Below, one piece after another: positions 32,412 through 49,450 of a DNA stretch of 64,000 bases. Below the pieces are notes generated by a model, which did no database searches, was not told the DNA's origin, and was given only the letters and a program-made list of their open reading frames with translations. A program made the position numbers and the translations under genes. Location: assembly GCA_964016885.1 (NCBI GenBank), contig OZ024749.1, positions 7,812,001 to 7,876,000 of the forward strand, given 5' to 3'. Numbering within the stretch: position 1 is the first letter of the stretch; each line of letters begins with the position of its first letter. The stretch comes from Eledone cirrhosa (lineage: Eukaryota).

Positions 32412-34100
32412 ACGATATTAAACAAATGGAAACTATATTTATATTTATAAAACCATATTTATTTCGTTATATATATTTCTGGGATATCATATTAAAAATA
32501 TGTTATGCCTTCCTCAGACAAAATACAATACATAAGCTGTTTTATAAATAATTGGTGACATACCTTGTGATAATGCAACTTCCTTTTAAAAAGTTGATTT
32601 GGTAGTGAAACTGTTATGATAGTTATATAGAAAGAAAACGAAGATGAGAAGAAGAAGATGAAGAGATGTATGCAAATAAAAAAAGAAGAAGATGAAGAGA
32701 TGTATGCAAAGAAAAACAACGGAGCGAGATAGAGAGACAAGGAGAGAGAGAAATACATTGATGGTGAAAAAACATAGTAGGCTGCTTTTTGACAGATGAT
32801 CATCGTATATGTGAGAGGTTAAGGGAAGGGATACAGTTAAATTAGTGTATAGGAGAAAAAGAAAGAAAGATGATATATTTAAAATATATTGAAAATATAT
32901 TATGTCTCATCCATTTGAATTATCAATTTTTATGAATTAGGTATTATAATGTAAATATCAGTATTCATGAATGAGACACATATCCATAATGTGTGAAAAA
33001 AAAAAAATTGACCACATGCTCAGTTAAAAATGTTTAGGTCTATAAGCAAAATCTGAGATAAAACTTCAAACATAAGTATATATGCATTCTCGTGAAGAAA
33101 GAGAAAAGCGAAGGTTATCTCAAATTCAAGTTGATAAATATAGACGCACATGTGAACCTACGTGATACGCTGCACTGATTCTTATATTTCATGAAAAACT
33201 TCAATGCGTTAGAAAAGATTCCACCCTACATACATTTACATACATATATACATATATATAGACACAAAACATATAAGATATACATTAACATCTAAAATAA
33301 CATTCCAGCCTCACTTGCATGATCATCGATCAAGCATAGAGTAGACAACAGATATCAATATTAAAATTAAAAACGCCAAGAATATCTTCGTCACTCCACA
33401 GAGTATCTAGGGACGCAAGAGAACATAGTATGCCACGCATATCGGTCATAGAATCAGAGTCAAAAGCAAACAAAACCAAAATTGTTCATCAAGCCTTATT
33501 TAGCAGAAATCATTCAAAACTTATTCTACAAATGCTCTTATATTTATTATAGAAGTTTATCCAGCTTAAAAAATGTATTCAAAAGATTGGGGACAACGCC
33601 AATTATAGGGTAGTTTATTTAATCTCATTAATTATATATTCATGCAGAAAGGTTTTAAAAAAAAAAATTTAAGGAATCGAAAGATTTATCGCCAAGTATC
33701 ACAAATAGTCAAATACCTTAAGTAAATATACTACATTTTATATTACATTTTAAATTTATATTTATATTTAAATGTTGAGTTCAATCTAAGTCTGCAACAG
33801 CTGAATAAATTGGTTCGTAAATTAAGGGAATTTTTAGAAGGAAGTTGCATTATCACAAGGTATGTCACTAATTATTTATAAAACAGCTTATGTATTGTAT
33901 TTTGTCTGAGGAAGGCATAACATATTTTTAATATGATATCCCAGAAATATATATAACGAAATAAATATGGTTTTATAAATATAAATATAGTTTCCATTTG
34001 TTTAATATCGTAAACCTACTCCAGAAACTGTTGAGTGCTTTTATATCAGTTATAAAATATTTACTCGTTGTAACCCAACAATCTTAAATAAAACTTTTGC
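32412..34100 (+). mobile_element. Decayed Penelope-like element (family C) with inverted 5' copy of the terminal repeat
   Basis: Inverted arms ~32412-32585 and ~33838-34011; CTGAGGA...GAAATATA hammerhead-like core at 33906-33951; faint GIY-YIG-like remnant (RQEYLR, ISRDAREH) at ~33340-33570. Confidence 0.6.
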
Positions 34101-34266
34101 ATATATATATATATATATATATCAGATAGGGTCTGGTAAAAACCAGTTAGGCCATAACCCACCCACGAGAGTGCTTGATAGTTGTGGTAGTAAAATGGGT
34201 AAATCTCAGTTCGGATCTAGCCGTGGAAACGACCGGAGCTCAGCCGTCGGGGTCATGAATATTTTC

Positions 34267-34300
<34 letters not shown>

Positions 34301-34865
34301 CTGTGTGTGTGCGTGTGTGTACTCGTATATCAGGACTTAACCAGTATTAGATTAGTATAACCATTATTCACAGTGCACTCAATATTTGCGATAGTAGAGT
34401 TGATATATAATAGAAAGACATATTAGCTGTCAAATGAACTCAGCCATCGGACCCCGATGCAAAAAAGGAACGGAAACCAAAGAGGAAACGACATATTGCT
34501 GGAAGAAATATATTACTTTGATGCTTGATATAGTATAAACAGTGTCTTGACGTTTTGGACACTAGTCTCTCATCAGAAGATATAATGAGAAACGAAACCT
34601 GGTACAGAAAGATAGAGTCTAAGATGAAATGACGGAACAGTTTTCTTTATAGGAAAAGGATGTGTGTAGCAAGTCAGCTACACATACACACATACGTGTA
34701 CATATATATACATATATACATATATACATACATTCATATATAAAATATTAAGTTAAGTAAACTAATCAAAGGTGAGAGGAGTCAAATATTTGTTGTTGTT
34801 TGCTCAGACATGTAATACATACGTTTATATATATTCATATATATGTGTATATACCTATATATATG

Positions 34866-34883
34866 GAGAGAGAGAGAGATGGA

Positions 34884-34915
<32 letters not shown>

Positions 34916-35137
34916 AAGAAAGAGAGAGAGTGAGGGAGAGAAAGATAGAGAGAGTGAGGGAGAGACAGATAGAGAGAGAGAGTGAGGGAGAGAAAGAGAT
35001 AGAGAGAGTGAGGGAGAGAAAGAGATAGAGAGAGTGAGGGACAGAAAGAGATAGAGAGAGTGAGGGACAGAAAGAGATAGAGAGAGTGAGGGAGAGAAAG
35101 AGATAGAGAGAGTAAGAGAGAGAAAGAGATAGAGAGA

Positions 35138-35200
<63 letters not shown>
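34866..35200. repeat. (GA)n with a ~26-bp higher-order unit
   Basis: Direct reading. Confidence 0.95.
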
Positions 35201-35204
<4 letters not shown>

Positions 35205-35489
35205 ATTTCTTTAGAGGAAATCGAAGACTACATCAACATGCAATGCTTTTTGACTCGAGAGGTGAAAGGTTGAGCAAGTGTTGCCATGCTGATTAACCGT
35301 GGGTACAATGAAGGTAATTCTAGGAGTGTTTATATATAATTATTTCATTTATTAGCCACAAGGGCCGACATGTAGGGGAAAATACAAAGACAGGGACAGT
35401 GGGTGTTTACAATAAGGTCGAGTAAAAGTGCACAATGGCAAGACTAATATAACAAGGAAGATATAAAAAATATAAAATATATATATAAT

Positions 35490-35865
35490 AATATTGTTAT
35501 ACTTTGGGATGTTGCCAATAAGAAACACACGCGCCAATTGCTTTCACTTCAATTTATTATAAATTTCCGGTTGTTTTTCACACACAAAACCAAGATGGCG
35601 TAGGACAGAACAATGGAGAGGCACAAAACAAAGAAAAGAATCCACAGTCACTGAAGAGGTCACAGAATGTGTGACGAAAGAACTTTGACAATATATGAAC
35701 AACCATCCGGTTGTGAAACCAACCAACCAACCGGAAATTTATAATAAATTGAAGTGAAAGCAATTGGCGCGTGTGTTTCTTATTGGCAACATGACCCTCT
35801 CAAAGTATAACAATATCGGTTTCAACACACGTTTTCAGATAAAGTATCTTGCTAAACAAATTCGA
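35490..35865 (+). mobile_element. Family A fold-back copy with an HHR at 35647-35689
   Basis: GTCA-CTGAAGA-G-GTCACA-GAATG-TGTGAC-GAA-AGAACT-T-TGAC; inverted 5' arm at 35490-35574. Confidence 0.82.
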
Positions 35866-36021
35866 TATAAGTTACATGAATATGACAACATCACAGTTAG
35901 AGGATCAGCACTTATTATGTCATTGACACGTGTTTCGGGATATCACAAATGAAAAATATCTAGAAACGCTAGTCCAATTAGATTTATCACAAAATTTCAG
36001 TTCCTACAATTTTGTATTATT

Positions 36022-36212
36022 GGGATTGGCAGTATCGGTAGAGGGTCGGAAGCCATGTGTTTATAGCAAAGAGTTATGTCCCTTTATGGTCTGAGTTCAA
36101 ACCCGGCCGCGGTTAACTTTGCCTTTCACCCTTACGGGGTCGATAAATTAAAGTACCAGTAATGCACTGGGAAAATTGCTGGCCTTGTGCCAAAATTGCT
36201 GGCCTTGTGCCA
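36022..36212 (+). mobile_element. tRNA-derived SINE (family S1)
   Basis: A box TGGCAGTATCGG, B box GAGTTCAAACCC, shared core. Confidence 0.88.
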
Positions 36213-36419
36213 ATGTTTATATTTATGCAAGGTGATAATGTCCGAACACACACAGACGTGTGTGTGTGTGCGTTGGAATGTATTTCTAAAGAAACACGAT
36301 ATGTTTATATATAAACATTTAGAAAGCCATAGCTATGCAAAAAAAAACACCCGGGCTATCGCCCTCTGGTGGTGTCCAGCGGAAGCATGGGAGACAATCG
36401 TCGATCCATTTTGAACTGA

Positions 36420-37052
36420 ACTGGATCTCATCAGGACGAACCCTCACACTCTTGCGCCTGTGAGACGTGGGACCGGTTGGGACTTAGCCCAGTAGACGTC
36501 CCTCCTCCTTCACCCCCAGCTGACGTCCAGTCCCCCCCAAAACACTTGGGGTGCCATCCAGTGCAGCCTGGCCTCAGACAGGCTCACGCGCCAGCTCGAC
36601 CAGCACCGCCTTACCTGTTTTCGCGCGGCCTCCAAACTCCACAGTGGTACCTGGCTCCATGCCCTGCCCTCCTTCTCCACTGGCACCCAGCTAGCCAACA
36701 ATAGCCTGCGCATCGACGTTTCCTTGAGGCTCGGCCTCCAGATCTGCGAGCCACACCAATGTCGCTGCGGATCCACCGTGGACTCTTTCAGCCTCCTCCC
36801 GCTTTCCTGTCGTCACAGTACCGGCCGCCATCCACGCCATGCTGCCCTCAACGAGGTCATAAAGCATGGCTTGGACGCTGCAGGCTTCCGTTCCCAGCTC
36901 GAACCGGTGTGGATGAACCCAAGGGACGGCAAAACACCAGATGCCACGTGGCATGACCATCTTCCCGTTCCGCGGTAGAAAAACCATCATCTGGGATGCC
37001 ACTTGCACCGACACTTTCTGCAGGCGCAAGCTGGTGCAGTCTGCGACTAACC
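36420..37052 (+). mobile_element. Fragment of a CRE-like non-LTR retrotransposon (zinc knuckle and RLE endonuclease region)
   Basis: SGTWLHALP..LRIDVSLRLG..HQCRCG..SC..RHAALNEVIK..EP..DGKTPD, then a frameshift, then GMTIFPF..IWDATCTDT. Confidence 0.8.
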
Positions 37053-37072
37053 ATATATATATATATATATAT

Positions 37073-37126
37073 ACTCTTTTACCTGCTTCAGCCATCCGGC
37101 TGAGGCCATGCTAGGGCACCGCCCTT
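37073..37126 (-). mobile_element. Solo 3' terminus of LINE family 1
   Basis: Reverse complement of 3629-3682 with 2 mismatches. Confidence 0.9.
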
Positions 37127-37140
37127 ATATATATATATAT

Positions 37141-37198
37141 ATGGTGGCTGCCAACTCGTTTTCGAGTACGGTCACTACTTTATATACATACATACATA

Positions 37199-37229
<31 letters not shown>

Positions 37230-37525
37230 GGTGGCTGCCAACTCGTTTTCGAGTACAGCCCCCACTTTATATCCATGTAGGAGAACCCCTACCAATGCGC
37301 TGAACGGCTAAGGAGTCATCTCTTCCGGTGATTTTGGATGGCCATTGATTCTTAAGAGCGCCTTTGCCCTTTGACAGGTTTTGTTTTTAGTCCTGCAGGA
37401 TGTCCAAAGCCACCCTCCTCACCAAGAAACCTTGGTGGGGTTGCCAGTTTAGTCGCCAACGACCCGACCATGAGACAGGTTGTACTGGGATACATGTTAC
37501 CAGTAGCACCAACTGGTGACCTGAC
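37141..37525 (-). mobile_element. Internally deleted copy of the ~600-bp RTE-5'-UTR-like element
   Basis: Matches both ends of 56106-56708; the terminal ~40 bp is duplicated at 37141-37181. Confidence 0.82.
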
Positions 37526-37544
37526 ACACACACACATATATATA

Positions 37545-38040
37545 TATATCAACTAGAAATTGATTGACATATATATATATATTTAAATTAAACACATGAA
37601 ACAATCACAGGGGATAATTTGTAAAGTGTGTAATCACACATAGCTACGTAGGTAACTAATTAAAGTTTAACTAGAGTCACTCGCAGATTTCTATTTGATG
37701 TGTAAACACAGATAGTTATTTCTTCCCCCTTGCTGACGATGGAAGATTTAACTTCTGTGAGTTTACGGATTATTGGTGAAATATATTTCTTTAATGAAAT
37801 ATATACAAGGAGGATTAATCATTTTTTTAAAAGGTAATATTTGAAGCTCTAGTTAAACTTTAATTAGTTACCTACCTAGCTGTGTGTGATTACACACTTT
37901 ACAAATTATCCCCTGTGATTGTTTCATGTGTTTATTTTAAATATGTCAATCAATTTCTAGTTGATATAAAATGCTCGGATCTATTCATTGGAATCTTTGT
38001 GCTTCGGACATGACTCCTTTAATTTAATTTAATTTAATTT
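37545..38040 (+). mobile_element. Fold-back element (family D) with a hammerhead-like motif in the spacer (37728-37810)
   Basis: Arms ~37545-37677 and ~37847-37967; CCTTG-CTGACGA...GAA-ATATAT-A-CAAGG; relatives at 31500-31620 and 58150-58295. Confidence 0.7.
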
Positions 38041-38171
38041 ATTTCGGATATATTTATATATATATATATATATATATAAGCAAAGGGATATTTAATTTGT
38101 TGGTAATTCAGCAAATATATATATTTATATCTGATTCGAAGCACTCGACAGATTTTCTGTAGTATAATATC

Positions 38172-38537
38172 AATGATATTAATAAATGGAAACTATATTT
38201 ATAAAACCATATTTATTCTATTATATATTTCAAGGGTACCAAAACTTTGGTACGCTCTCATCAGATAAAATACAAAGTTTGTTTTATAAACATTGACATA
38301 TCCAGGAACGAGATCTTAACGGTTCAAATTTTAACTGGATAGTCTATCAAGTTTTACCTGGATAGACTATCCAGGTAAAACTTGAACCAATAAGATCTCG
38401 TCCCTGGATATGTCAATATTTATAAAACAAATTTTGTATTTTATCTGATGAGACCGCACCAACGTGTCGGTACTCTTGAAATATATATAATAGAATAAAT
38501 ATGGTTTTATAAATATAGTTTCCATTTATTTAATATC

Positions 38538-38540
<3 letters not shown>
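38172..38540. mobile_element. Family C-related palindrome with diverged arms, each with an HHR-like core
   Basis: CTGATGA-GAGCGTACCAAAGTTTTGGTACCCTT-GAAATATA (minus, ~38220-38272) and a variant at 38445-38490; central hairpin at 38348-38385. Confidence 0.75.
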
Positions 38541-38574
<34 letters not shown>

Positions 38575-38732
38575 GTGTTTAAGTGTGTGTGTGTATGTGT
38601 GTGTGTTCGTATACACATATACTCGAGTGTATTTGTGTGTCTGTGTCTACGAATATATGTATATATATATGTATGAAATATTACCAACGCTTGTATACCT
38701 GTAGCTACTTATTAAGACGATATTCTTAAGAC

Positions 38733-39045
38733 GATGGTTGGTGGTGGTGGTGTTGTTATTGTTGTTATTGATGTTATTGTTGCTGTTGTTATTGATGTTA
38801 TTGTTGTTGTTGTTATTGTTGTTATTGATGTTGTTATTGTTGTTGTTGTTATTGATGTTATTGTTGTTGCTGCTGCTACTGTTGTTGTCGTTGCAACTGT
38901 TAGTGTTGTTGTTGTTGTTGTTGTAGTTGTCGTTGCTGCTGCAACTGTTAGTGTTGTTGTTGCTGGTGCTGTTACTGTTGTCGTTATTGTTGTTGTCGTT
39001 ATTGTTGCTGTCGTTATTGTTGTTGCTGCTGCTGCTACTACTGTT
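38733..39045. repeat. Compound trinucleotide repeat (GTT/ATT/GCT)
   Basis: Direct reading. Confidence 0.92.
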
Positions 39046-39139
39046 TTGATCATATAGATTCTGTCTCCCATCAGCTCCATTTCATTGAGTTGAGAATTTC
39101 ATATCTAATCTTTCGTGACATATTAAGAGCACCTTGATA

Positions 39140-40915
<1,776 letters not shown>

Positions 40916-40917
<2 letters not shown>

Positions 40918-41797
40918 ATTGTTATACTTGGGGACGGTCATATTTGCGTAATATTGCCAGAATTAATAACAGAACACACTCACTGTTTGGTTGGTTTTCG
41001 CTTCTCGCTGTCTTTTATATCTGCGATCTAACTTACTCGGTAACATAGACAACATAGAAATTAGAATAATATCTAAACATAGGAATGACCCAGCAGATAG
41101 GCAAATCAGAGAGGCCAGTGAAATAGAAATTTAGAGACCAAAGCTAAACAGAATGAATGAGTGGAACAACAACAACACCCAAACAAAAAACACTGACCTA
41201 AGAGAAGTATAAAAAAGTAAATAAAATAAAATAAAATAAGATAAATAAATACATACACAAGCACAATAACAACAAGCACATAAACACACACTAGTCACCC
41301 AGCAGACACAACACTATACACACTAGTCACACAGCACACATAACACTATGCACACACGCAAACGCATGCGCAAAGAAGACAAAATAAAATAAGATAAACA
41401 AACAAGCAAATAAATAAATAAATATATAGACAGACTGAATAAAAAATGGCGTAAACATACAACACAACAGGAGGAACAAAGAATATAACACCACTGACGA
41501 TGTTGCAGATGTGCAACGAAAGATTTATGTAAATTATGTAAACTATATATATGTGTTTGTGTCTATATTGTATCTGTATTATTTTAGACCGTCGGTCAGT
41601 CAATGGCAACATTGAGGACCGAGTGAGTTAGATCGCAGATATAAAAGACAGCGAGAAGCGAAAACCAACCAAACAGTGAGTGTGTTCTGTTATTAATTCT
41701 GGCAATATTACGTAAATATGACCCTCCCCAAGTATAACAATATCTGTTTCGACACACGATTTCACATAAAAAACCTCGGTAAACTAATTCATCGCCG
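40916..41797 (+). mobile_element. Fold-back element related to family A, with an HHR at 41491-41530
   Basis: Arms ~40916-41041 and ~41618-41743; CTGACGA-T-GTTGCA-GATG-TGCAAC-GAA-AGATTT-A; shares its 3' terminus with family A; partial copy at 28005-28112. Confidence 0.8.
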
Positions 41798-41798
41798 C

Positions 41799-42827
<1,029 letters not shown>

Positions 42828-45800
42828 TTAGAAATTGGAATAAATGCTCTGAAATAGCGATATATATGTGAATATAGACATAGAATATTCGAAAATATTC
42901 TGTATGTTTATAATAAACATTTTGAAGACCTAATCGCTATAGAATAGAATACGTCACGTATTACAATTAGATTCTCGATAAAAGCAAGGGAAGTAATCTA
43001 CGCGTTTCATTCTTGTTAGAAATCGTCAGGACTACATATCCAGTGCTTTTATCGAGAATGACACAGCTAGAGACTTATAGAATACTTAGCTGTGTACAGG
43101 AACTGGTTTGAAAGAGCGGTTGCCGGTCCGGCAGAAATTAGAAATTGGAATAAATGCTCTGAAATAGCGATATATATGTGAATATAGACATAGAATATTC
43201 GAAAATATTCTGTATATTTATAATAAACATTTTGAAGACCTAATCGCTATAGAATAGAATACGTCACGTATTACAATTAGATTCTCGATAAAAGCAAGGG
43301 AAGTAATCTACGCGTTTCATTCTTGTTAGAAATCATCAGGACTACATATCCAGTGCTTTTATCGAGAATGACACAGCTAGAGACTTATAGAATACTTAGC
43401 TGTGTACAGAAACTGGTTTGAAAGAGCGGTTGCCGGTCCGGCAGAAATTAGAAATTGGAATAAATGCTCTGAAATAGCGATATATATGTGAATATAGACA
43501 TAGAATATTCGAAAATATTCTGTATGTTTATAATAAACATTTTGAAGACCTAATCGCTATAGAATAGAATACGTCACGTATTACAATTAGATTCTCGATA
43601 AAAGCAAGGGAAGTAATCTACGCGTTTGATTCTTGTTAGAAATCATCAGGACTACATATCCAGTGCTTTTATCGAGAATGACACAGCTAGAGACTTATAG
43701 AATACTTAGCTGTGTACAGGAACTGGTTTGAAAGAGCGGTTGCCGGTCCGGCAGAAATTAGAAATTGGAATAAATGCTCTGAAATAGCGATATATATGTG
43801 AATATAGACATAGAATATTCGAAAATATTCTGTATGTTTATAATAAACATTTTGAAGACCTAATCGCTATAGAATAGAATACGTCACGTATTACAATTAG
43901 ATTCTCGATAAAAGCAAGGGAAGTAATCTACGCGTTTCATTCTTGTTAGAAATCATCAGGACTACATATCCAGTGCTTTTATCGAGAATGACACAGCTAG
44001 AGACTTATAGAATACTTAGTTCTAACAAGAATGAAACGCGTAGATTACTTCCCTTGCTTTTATCGAGAATCTAATTGTAATACGTGACGTATTCTATTCT
44101 ATAGCGATTAGGTCTTCAAAATGTTTATTATAAACATACAGAATATTTTCGAATATTCTATGTCTATATTCACATATATATCGCTATTTCAGAGCATTTA
44201 TTCCAATTTCTAATTTCTGCCGGACCGGCAACCGCTCTTTCAAACCAGTTCCTGTACACAGCTAAGTATTCTATAAGTCTCTAGCTGTGTCATTCTCGAT
44301 AAAAGCACTGGATATGTAGTCCTGATGATTTCTAACAAGAATGAACGCGTAGATTACTTCCTTGCTTTTATCGAGAATCTAATTGTAATACGTGACGTAT
44401 TCTATTCTATAGCGATTAGGTCTTCAAAATGTTTATTATAAACATACAGAATATTTTCGAATATTCTATGTCTATATTCACATATATATCGCTATTTCAG
44501 AGCATTTATTCCAATTTCTAATTTCTGCCGGACCGGCAACCGCTCTTTCAAACCAGTTCCTGTACACAGCTAAGTATTCTATAAGTCTCTAGCTGTGTCA
44601 TTCTCGATAAAAGCACTGGATATGTAGTCCTGATGATTTCTAACAAGAATGAAACGCGTAGATTACTTCCCTTGCTTTTATCGAGAATCTAATTGTAATA
44701 CGTGACGTATTCTATTCTATAGCGATTAGGTCTTCAAAATGTTTATTATAAACATACAGAATATTTTCGAATATTCTATGTCTATATTCACATATATATC
44801 GCTATTTCAGAGCATTTATTCCAATTTCTAATTTCTGCCGGACCGGCAACCGCTCTTTCAAACCAGTTCCTGTACACAGCTAAGTATTCTATAAGTCTCT
44901 AGCTGTGTCATTCTCGATAAAAGCACTGGATATGTAGTCCTGATGATTTCTAACAAGAATGAAACGCGTAGATTACTTCCTTGCTTTTATCGAGAATCTA
45001 ATTGTAATACGTGACGTATTCTATTCTATAGCGATTAGGTCTTCAAAATGTTTATTATAAACATACAGAATATTTTCGAATATTCTATGTCTATATTCAC
45101 ATATATATCGCTATTTCAGAGCATTTATTCCAATTTCTAATTTCTGCCGGACCGGCAACCGCTCTTTCAAACCAGTTCCTGTACACAGCTAAGTATTCTA
45201 TAAGTCTCTAGCTGTGTCATTCTCGATAAAAGCACTGGATATGTAGTCCTGATGATTTCTAACAAGAATGAAACGCGTAGATTACTTCCCTTGCTTTTAT
45301 CGAGAATCTAATTGTAATACGTGACGTATTCTATTCTATAGCGATTAGGTCTTCAAAATGTTTATTATAAACATACAGAATATTTTCGAATATTCTATGT
45401 CTATATTCACATATATATCGCTATTTCAGAGCATTTATTCCAATTTCTAATTTCTGCCGGACCGGCAACCGCTCTTTCAAACCAGTTCCTGTACACAGCT
45501 AAGTATTCTATAAGTCTCTAGCTGTGTCATTCTCGATAAAAGCACTGGATATGTAGTCCTGATGATTTCTAACAAGAATGAAACGCGTAGATTACTTCCC
45601 TTGCTTTTATCGAGAATCTAATTGTAATACGTGACGTATTCTATTCTATAGCGATTAGGTCTTCAAAATGTTTATTATAAACATACAGAATATTTTCGAA
45701 TATTCTATGTCTATATTCACATATATATCGCTATTTCAGAGCATTTATTCCAATTTCTAATTTCTGCCGGACCGGCAACCGCTCTTTCAAACCAGTTCCT

Positions 45801-46028
45801 GTACACAGCTAAGTATTCTATAAGTCTCTAGCTGTGTCATTCTCGATAAAAGCACTGGATATGTAGTCCTGATGATTTCTAACAAGAATGAAACGCGTAG
45901 ATTACTTCCCTTGCTTTTATCGAGAATCTAATTGTAATACGTGACGTATTCTATTCTATAGCGATTAGGTCTTCAAAATGTTTATTATAAACATACAGAA
46001 TATTTTCGAATATTCTATGTCTATATTT
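42828..46028. repeat. Inverted tandem array of a 310-bp hammerhead-containing unit (retrozyme-like)
   Basis: Period 310 (42831, 43141, 43451, 43761); inversion at 44019/44020; then ~6.5 copies in the opposite orientation (period 308-310). Confidence 0.95.
44624..44666 (+). ncRNA. Type I hammerhead in the 310-bp unit; also at 44316, 44934, 45243, 45553, 45863 (+) and 42993, 43303, 43613, 43923 (-)
   Basis: GTAGTC-CTGATGA-TTTCT-AACA-AGAAT-GAA-ACGCGT-A-GATTAC, with helix I extended by ATTCTCGATAAAAGCA/TGCTTTTATCGAGAAT. Confidence 0.87.
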
Positions 46029-47412
<1,384 letters not shown>

Positions 47413-47782
47413 GAATTGGTGCTCTATATATACATTCATATATATATATAGATATATATATATATATATATACATATATCTATCTGTCACAATAAATTAA
47501 CGGAGCCATAGACTTTCGTTATTCCGTGTCAATAATGTATATATATAACACAATGGCGTTAGAAGTAAAGTATCGAAAATTTATAGTGTAGTCATCAGTA
47601 CGCAAGTGACCAGAATAATGATCAATCAATAGAATTAATAGAGGAGATTCTTTTAATTATAATTTATGGTGATTGGTAAATATTGTGGTCATTTGCATTA
47701 GGTTGACAGCATTTTAAATTTAAATATATATATTCAGGTGATATATTTATGTGAATATATATATATAGAGAGACAAACATAC

Positions 47783-47826
<44 letters not shown>

Positions 47827-47899
47827 TGCAAACTAAAAGAATTATTTCATAAAATATATACAGTATATAAAATATATAAATATCTATCTGTGTGTGCGT

Positions 47900-47916
47900 A
47901 TATGTATACATATATG

Positions 47917-47999
<83 letters not shown>

Positions 48000-48027
48000 A
48001 CATACATATATATATATATATGTATAC

Positions 48028-48059
<32 letters not shown>

Positions 48060-48089
48060 GTATACATACATATATATATATATATATGT

Positions 48090-48129
<40 letters not shown>

Positions 48130-48151
48130 ACATATATATATATATATATGT

Positions 48152-48189
<38 letters not shown>

Positions 48190-49450
48190 ACATATATATA
48201 TATGTATACATATATATACATATGTATACATATATATACATATATATGTATACATATATATATATATATATATATATGTATACATATATATATATATATA
48301 TGTATACATATATATATATGTATACATATATATACATATGTATACATATATATACATATGTATACATATATATACATATGTATACATATATATACATATG
48401 TATATATGTACATATGTATATATACATATATATGTATACATATATATATACATATGTATATATACATATATATGTATACATATATATATATAGATATATA
48501 TATATATGTATATGTATACATACATATATGTATACATATATATATATATATGTATACATATATAAATATATGTATACATATATATATATACATATATATA
48601 TATGTATACATACATATATGTATACATATATATATATATATATGTATACATATATAAATATATGTATACATATATATATATATACATATATATATATACA
48701 TATATATATATATAGATATATACATATATATATATACATATATATATATACATATATATATATATGTATACATATATATATATATATATATGTATACATA
48801 TATATATATATATATATATGTATACACATATTCATATATATGTATACACATATATATATATACATATAAATATATATATATATACATATATATGTATACA
48901 TATATATATATATATATATGTATACACATATATATATATATGTATACATATATATATATCTATGTATACATATATATATATATCTATGTATACACATATA
49001 TATATATATATATATATGTATACATATATATATGTATACATATATATATATGTATACACATATATATATCTATGTATACATATCTATATATATATGTATA
49101 CACATATATATATATATATATATATATGTATACACTTATATATATATGTATACATATATATATATATTCATATATATATATATGTATACATATAAATATA
49201 TATGTATACATATATATATATATATATGTATACATATAAATATATATGTATACATATATATATATATATATATATATGTATACATATAAATATATATATA
49301 TGTAAACATATAAATATATATATATATGTATACATATAAATATATATATATATGTATACATATATATATATATATGTATACATATATATATATGTATACA
49401 TATATATATATGTGTACATATATATATATATGTATTCATATATATATATA
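47900..49450. repeat. (TA)n array with TGTATACA variant
   Basis: Direct reading. Confidence 0.96.

Noticed and set aside
38712-39080. Thr-rich mucin-like or poly-Val/Leu ORF
   Set aside because: Compound trinucleotide repeat with no domain or splice evidence.
42828-46028. 310-bp array as a CRISPR, 5S rDNA or tRNA array
   Set aside because: Units are identical throughout with no unique spacers and no Pol III boxes or 5S motifs.
47515-47605. Minus-strand CTGATGA...GAAAGTCTA with a long insert
   Set aside because: Helix I and helix II pairing is too weak to call.
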